DNA of 27,961 nucleotides. Source: an uncultured Pseudomonadota bacterium. Lineage in GTDB: Bacteria > Myxococcota_A > UBA796 > CAJQPC01. This document shows positions 24,116 through 27,961 of the stretch, piece by piece. The first letter of the stretch is position 1. The number at the start of each line of letters is the position of its first letter. The notes under the pieces are model-generated. The model searched no databases and had not been told where the DNA came from. It worked only from the letters and a program-made list of their open reading frames with translations. The stretch lies in contig CALGIB010000804.1 in NCBI GenBank assembly GCA_937915955.1, positions 1-27,961 of the forward strand. Reading direction: 5' to 3'. The position numbers and the translations under genes were made by a program.

Positions 24116-24993
24116 ACCGCCTGACCCAGCTCCGGGGCCTCGCCGGCCTGCTCATCCCTGGCCTCGACGCCCACGAGGCCCGGACGCTGGGCTGGTACCA
24201 CGTCTACGGCGAGATGTTCCGCCTGCTCTGCGAGGACTCGGGCTTCCTGGACTTCGGCTGGTCCGAGGACCCGGACACGTCGGATCTGCTGGGCGCCCAG
24301 CACGAGATGGTGCGCCAGGTGACCGCCTCGCTGCAGGCGGGGCCCGAGGGGCCGTGGCTGGACGTGGGCTGCGGCGAGGGCGGCCCAGCCTGTCTGATGG
24401 CCCAGGAGCGGGGTGTGCAGGTCACCGGCCTGAACATCAACGCCTCGCAGGTCGCCATGTGCATCGAGCGGGCCCAGCGCCTGGGCGTACAGGTGGACTT
24501 CGTAGAGGGCAACGCCCAGGAGATGCCTCTGGATTCCGGAACATTCTCAGGGGTCTACACCATCGAGTCGCCGCTGCACTACCCGGACAAGCCGGCCTTT
24601 CTGGCCGAGGTCACCCGGGTGCTGAAGCCTGGCGGCCGCTTCGCGCTCTGCGACATCGTGCGCGTGCCGCGGGACATCTCGCTGGGGCAGGCCATGGGTG
24701 TGGAGCTGGGGCGCTGGCTGTACGCCTGCCCGCCGCTCTGGTCGGCCGCGGACTGGGCCGAGGGCATGCGCTCCCTCGGCCTGGAGGACGTCGAGATCAT
24801 GGACTGCACCCGGCAGACGCTGGGCCTGACGCCGGCCTGGATCCGCCAGCTGGACAGCGTGAAGGGCGAGATCCGCAAGCGCTACCCGCCGGGGGTGTAC
24901 CAGGGCGCGCGGCGCATCCTGGTCGAGCTCTCCGCTCGGCTGGAGGGCCTGCCCATCGGCTACACCCTGGTCACGGCTCGGAAGCCGGCGTGA
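24112..24993 (+). CDS. Class I SAM-dependent methyltransferase (sterol/tocopherol/natural-product type)
   Basis: FLDFGW, WLDVGCGEGGPA, VTGLNINASQV, GNAQEMP, IESPLHYPDK..FL.EVTRVLKPGGRF; GTGA overlap with the Rieske gene. Confidence 0.9.
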   Translation: MNRLTQLRGLAGLLIPGLDAHEARTLGWYHVYGEMFRLLCEDSGFLDFGWSEDPDTSDLLGAQHEMVRQVTASLQAGPEGPWLDVGCGEGGPACLMAQERGVQVTGLNINASQVAMCIERAQRLGVQVDFVEGNAQEMPLDSGTFSGVYTIESPLHYPDKPAFLAEVTRVLKPGGRFALCDIVRVPRDISLGQAMGVELGRWLYACPPLWSAADWAEGMRSLGLEDVEIMDCTRQTLGLTPAWIRQLDSVKGEIRKRYPPGVYQGARRILVELSARLEGLPIGYTLVTARKPA

Positions 24994-26039
24994 GCGTCGG
25001 GATCCTGGGGGCGACGGGGCACACGGGGCGGCTGCTCGCCCGAGCCCTTCACGAGCTGGGTCAGCCCCTCGTCCTGTTCGGCCGAAGCCAGGAGAAGCTG
25101 AACGATCTTCGTGAGATGGGTGAGACGATCGTGGGCTCCGCGCTGGACGTGGAGAGCCTGCGTCCCGTCTTCCGGCGCTGCCCGCTCGTCATCAACTGCG
25201 CGGGGCCCTACACCGAGCTGGGCTGGCCCGCCGTTCAGCTGGCCATGGAGTACCGGGTCGACCTCTGGGATCTCACGGGCGAGCAGCCCTTCCAGCTCCG
25301 CTGCCTGGAGCTGGACGCCCGCCTGCGCATGTTCGACGTCGCCATCGCCAACGCCATGGGCCTCGAGGTCCTGGTCAGCGACTGCGGGGCCGCGCTGCTC
25401 TCCGAGGAGCTCCGCGGGCTGCACGGCGAGGTCGAGCGCGTCGACATCGTGAACAAGGTCAGGGACTTCCAGTCCAGCAAGGGCAGCTTTGAGTCGGTGC
25501 TGAACATCCTGGGCCGGGACACCTTCGCCTGGCGTGACGGCGGCCTGGTCCCCGCTCGCATGGGCAAGCCCTGGCGCCGAGAGGGTGGCCGTCACCTGGT
25601 CTGGGGACCGGGGGTCGACATCCTCACCGTCGCCCGGTCCACCGGCGCCCGCCAGGTCGAGGTCTGGTTCGACATGCCCGGCTGGGTGGCCATGGGCGCC
25701 CGCGCTGGCTCGCGCAGCAACAAGGCCGTCTTCGGCTCCAGGCTGGGCCCCGCGCTCCGTAAGCTCGGCAAGCGGGCCCCGCTGGATCCCCAGGTCGACG
25801 CCGACGGTGGACCTTGGGAGATCCAGGTCACCGTCCACGGCGGCGGTCACAGCCTGTCGCGGACCTGGGTCGGGCGGGACCCCTACGGCAGCACCGCCGC
25901 GATCACCGCGTGGTGCGCCATCGAGCGGCTGGCCGCGGGCAACCGCGTGCGGCGGGGCGGACTGCTGTCCCCCAGCCAGGTCGTCAGCCCCGCCCGCTTC
26001 TTCGAACACCTCCATCCCCTCATCCGGGAGCAAGCATGA
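24990..26039 (+). CDS. Saccharopine dehydrogenase-like NAD(P)-dependent oxidoreductase (trans-acting enoyl reductase-like family)
   Basis: GILGATGHTG Rossmann motif, GRSQEKL, VINCAGPYTELGWP, YWD-like 'LWDLTGE', DPYGSTA; GTGA overlap. Confidence 0.85.
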   Translation: MSVGILGATGHTGRLLARALHELGQPLVLFGRSQEKLNDLREMGETIVGSALDVESLRPVFRRCPLVINCAGPYTELGWPAVQLAMEYRVDLWDLTGEQPFQLRCLELDARLRMFDVAIANAMGLEVLVSDCGAALLSEELRGLHGEVERVDIVNKVRDFQSSKGSFESVLNILGRDTFAWRDGGLVPARMGKPWRREGGRHLVWGPGVDILTVARSTGARQVEVWFDMPGWVAMGARAGSRSNKAVFGSRLGPALRKLGKRAPLDPQVDADGGPWEIQVTVHGGGHSLSRTWVGRDPYGSTAAITAWCAIERLAAGNRVRRGGLLSPSQVVSPARFFEHLHPLIREQA

Positions 26040-27604
26040 GCACCCCCAAGCGCGCCATCGTGGTCGGCTCGGGCATCGCCGGCATGTCCGCCGCCGCCCA
26101 CCTCGCCGAGGCCGGCGTCGTCGTCACCGTCCTCGAGAAGCAGCCCTACCTGGGCGGTCGCCTGTCCACGCCGACGCAGGTGGACCTCGAGCACAACGGC
26201 AAGACCTGGACCTTCCCCGTCGAGCACGGCATCCACGGCTACTGGCGGCAGTACCGCAACCTGAAGGCCCTGCTCGTCAAGCACGGCCTGGACCACCGCC
26301 TGATCGACAGCAAGAGCCAGGAGATCGTGATCTGGCTGGACAACGACCGCCCTCGCTTCGTCGAAGTTGGCGACATCGTTCGTGACTCCAAGCTGCCCGA
26401 TCCCTTCTGCTTCCTCGAGCTGCTGCGCCAACGGGAGTTCCTGAAGCTCAGCCTCATGGCGGGCCCCTTGCAGATGGCGCAGGTCGGGCGCGACATGGCC
26501 CACGCCTTCGCCTTCGACCCCAGCCGGGACATGGACGAGTACGAGCAGTACAGCGTCAGCCAGCTCATTGGCGGCTGGCCGCCCTACCTGAAGAAGTTCT
26601 TCAAGGCGATGACGCACTCGAGCTTCTTCCTGGAGGTGGAGGACACCAGCCTGGGCGCCTTCCTGACCAGCCTGCAGTTCTACACGATCAAGGACAAGCG
26701 GGACATCGGCTTCGAGTACATGGACGGCAGCACCGAGGAGTGCGTGCTGCGCCCCCTGGCCGACGTCGTCGAGTCCAACGGCGGCCGCGTGCTGACGAAC
26801 AACCTGGTCGAGGAGGTGCTCTTCGAGGGCGGCCGCGCGGTCGGCGTGCGCGCCCAGGACGCCAACGGCCGCAGCCGCGTGCTCAAGGCGGACGCCTGCG
26901 TGATGGCCGTGGATCCCCCTGGCATGGGGGTGCTGCGGCGGCACGAGGACCTGGCCCGGATCACGCCCGGCATGCACGTGCCCGAGGGCGTGCACAGCCA
27001 CACCGTGCGGCTGTGGTTCGGCCGGCAGCCCAGCCCGGACCGGGCCACCAACGGCATGGCCGCGGGGCCGGACATCGACAACTACTTCTGGCTGTCCACG
27101 ATCCAGAGGCCCTACGTCGAGTGGGCGCAGGCCACCGGCGGCTCCTGCATCGAGGCCCACCAGTACGGCAAGCGCGCCACCTGGGCCGCCGAACAGTCGG
27201 ACCAGGTGGTCATCGACGCCGCGGTGAAGACGGTCGAGGCTTGCTGGCCGGGCGTCCGCGGCAGCCTGGTCAAGGCCCACCTCAAGCGCAACCCGCCCAC
27301 CCACGTCGGCTTCAACCCTGGCACCTACGCTCTGCTCCCCAAGGTCCGCACCCGCTGCGCGAACCTCTCGCTCTGCGGAGACTGGATCGAGGCCCAGTAC
27401 CCGGTGCTCTACCTGGAGCGCGGCGCCAGCACCGGGCTCGAGGCGGCCAGGGCCGTGGCTCCGGAGCTCGGCGTCGACGTGGCCGGCATGGACGACGTCA
27501 TCCCGCCCTTCCCCAGCAGCAAGGGCTTCGACCGCTACCAGGCCGTCGCCCGGGGTTTGCGCGAGCTGGGGCTGCTTCCGAACCTCGGGAAGCGCCCTCG
27601 CTGA
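26036..27604 (+). CDS. FAD-dependent oxidoreductase, phytoene desaturase / CrtU / HpnE-like family (522 aa)
   Basis: VVGSGIAGMSAA, LEKQPYLGGR, VEHGIHGYWRQYRNL, NLSLCGDW...LERGASTGLEAA; ATGA overlap. Confidence 0.85.
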   Translation: MSTPKRAIVVGSGIAGMSAAAHLAEAGVVVTVLEKQPYLGGRLSTPTQVDLEHNGKTWTFPVEHGIHGYWRQYRNLKALLVKHGLDHRLIDSKSQEIVIWLDNDRPRFVEVGDIVRDSKLPDPFCFLELLRQREFLKLSLMAGPLQMAQVGRDMAHAFAFDPSRDMDEYEQYSVSQLIGGWPPYLKKFFKAMTHSSFFLEVEDTSLGAFLTSLQFYTIKDKRDIGFEYMDGSTEECVLRPLADVVESNGGRVLTNNLVEEVLFEGGRAVGVRAQDANGRSRVLKADACVMAVDPPGMGVLRRHEDLARITPGMHVPEGVHSHTVRLWFGRQPSPDRATNGMAAGPDIDNYFWLSTIQRPYVEWAQATGGSCIEAHQYGKRATWAAEQSDQVVIDAAVKTVEACWPGVRGSLVKAHLKRNPPTHVGFNPGTYALLPKVRTRCANLSLCGDWIEAQYPVLYLERGASTGLEAARAVAPELGVDVAGMDDVIPPFPSSKGFDRYQAVARGLRELGLLPNLGKRPR

Positions 27605-27635
27605 CGGGACACGATATCGGCCCGCTGGAGGACCG

Positions 27636-27961
27636 ATGTCGACCCTGATCCTGACCTTGCTCGCCTGCAACGGCTCACCCGACGACAGCAGCCCCGTGGA
27701 CGACGGGCTGCTCCGCCTGACCATCCTCCACACCAACGACTGGCAGAGCCACATGCTGGGTTGGGGGCCCAACGCCGAGTACTCGCCGGAGAGCACCGGC
27801 GACGACACGACGGTGGGTGGGCTGGCGCGCACGGCCACTCTGGTCGCCGAGATCCGGGGCGCGGCGACGAACCCGGTCGTGCTCTACGACGGCGGCGACT
27901 GGATGGCCGGGGCGCTCTTCCAGCTGCTGGCCACCAGCCACGCCAGCGAGCTGCAGATGTT
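27636..27961 (+). CDS. 5'-nucleotidase/CpdB-family metallophosphoesterase lipoprotein, N-terminal part (truncated by window end)
   Basis: GGAGGA SD; MSTLILTLLAC; LTILHTNDWQSH...GGLARTATLV.EIR...VLYDGGDWMAGALF. Confidence 0.85.
   Translation, partial: MSTLILTLLACNGSPDDSSPVDDGLLRLTILHTNDWQSHMLGWGPNAEYSPESTGDDTTVGGLARTATLVAEIRGAATNPVVLYDGGDWMAGALFQLLATSHASELQM

Overview
High-GC bacterial DNA (roughly 70% by eye), densely coding. The gene repertoire (Asp-rich lipoproteins, stand-alone cNMP-binding proteins, a class III cyclase-STAND-TPR protein) suggests a Myxococcota/'Deltaproteobacteria'-type genome; this is an inference. Order of content: 5' part of dnaX; an Asp-repeat lipoprotein; a minus-strand operon (hypothetical, two single cNMP-binding proteins, membrane-anchored MORN-variant repeat protein); a membrane hypothetical; three minus-strand lipoprotein genes (GHL10 hydrolase, one intact lipoprotein, one interrupted by an in-frame TAG); an NhaR-like LysR regulator with beta-carbonic anhydrase; a complete phosphate-uptake locus (pstS, phoU fused to a catalytically dead ArsC/LMW-PTP domain, pstC, pstA, two reciprocally degenerate pstB, OprO/P-like porin) followed by a 2-phosphoglycerate kinase / cofactor-independent mutase fusion; a tandem cNMP-binding protein divergent from a soluble-adenylyl-cyclase-like STAND/TPR protein. 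That cyclase is translationally coupled to a Rieske oxygenase, SAM methyltransferase, saccharopine-dehydrogenase-like reductase and CrtU/phytoene-desaturase-like flavoprotein; a truncated 5'-nucleotidase-family lipoprotein ends the window. The best candidates for undescribed biology are the cyclase-led signalling/tailoring operon and the extended pst locus. No rRNA, tRNA, CRISPR array or mobile element was seen. All family assignments come from motif recognition, not database searches.
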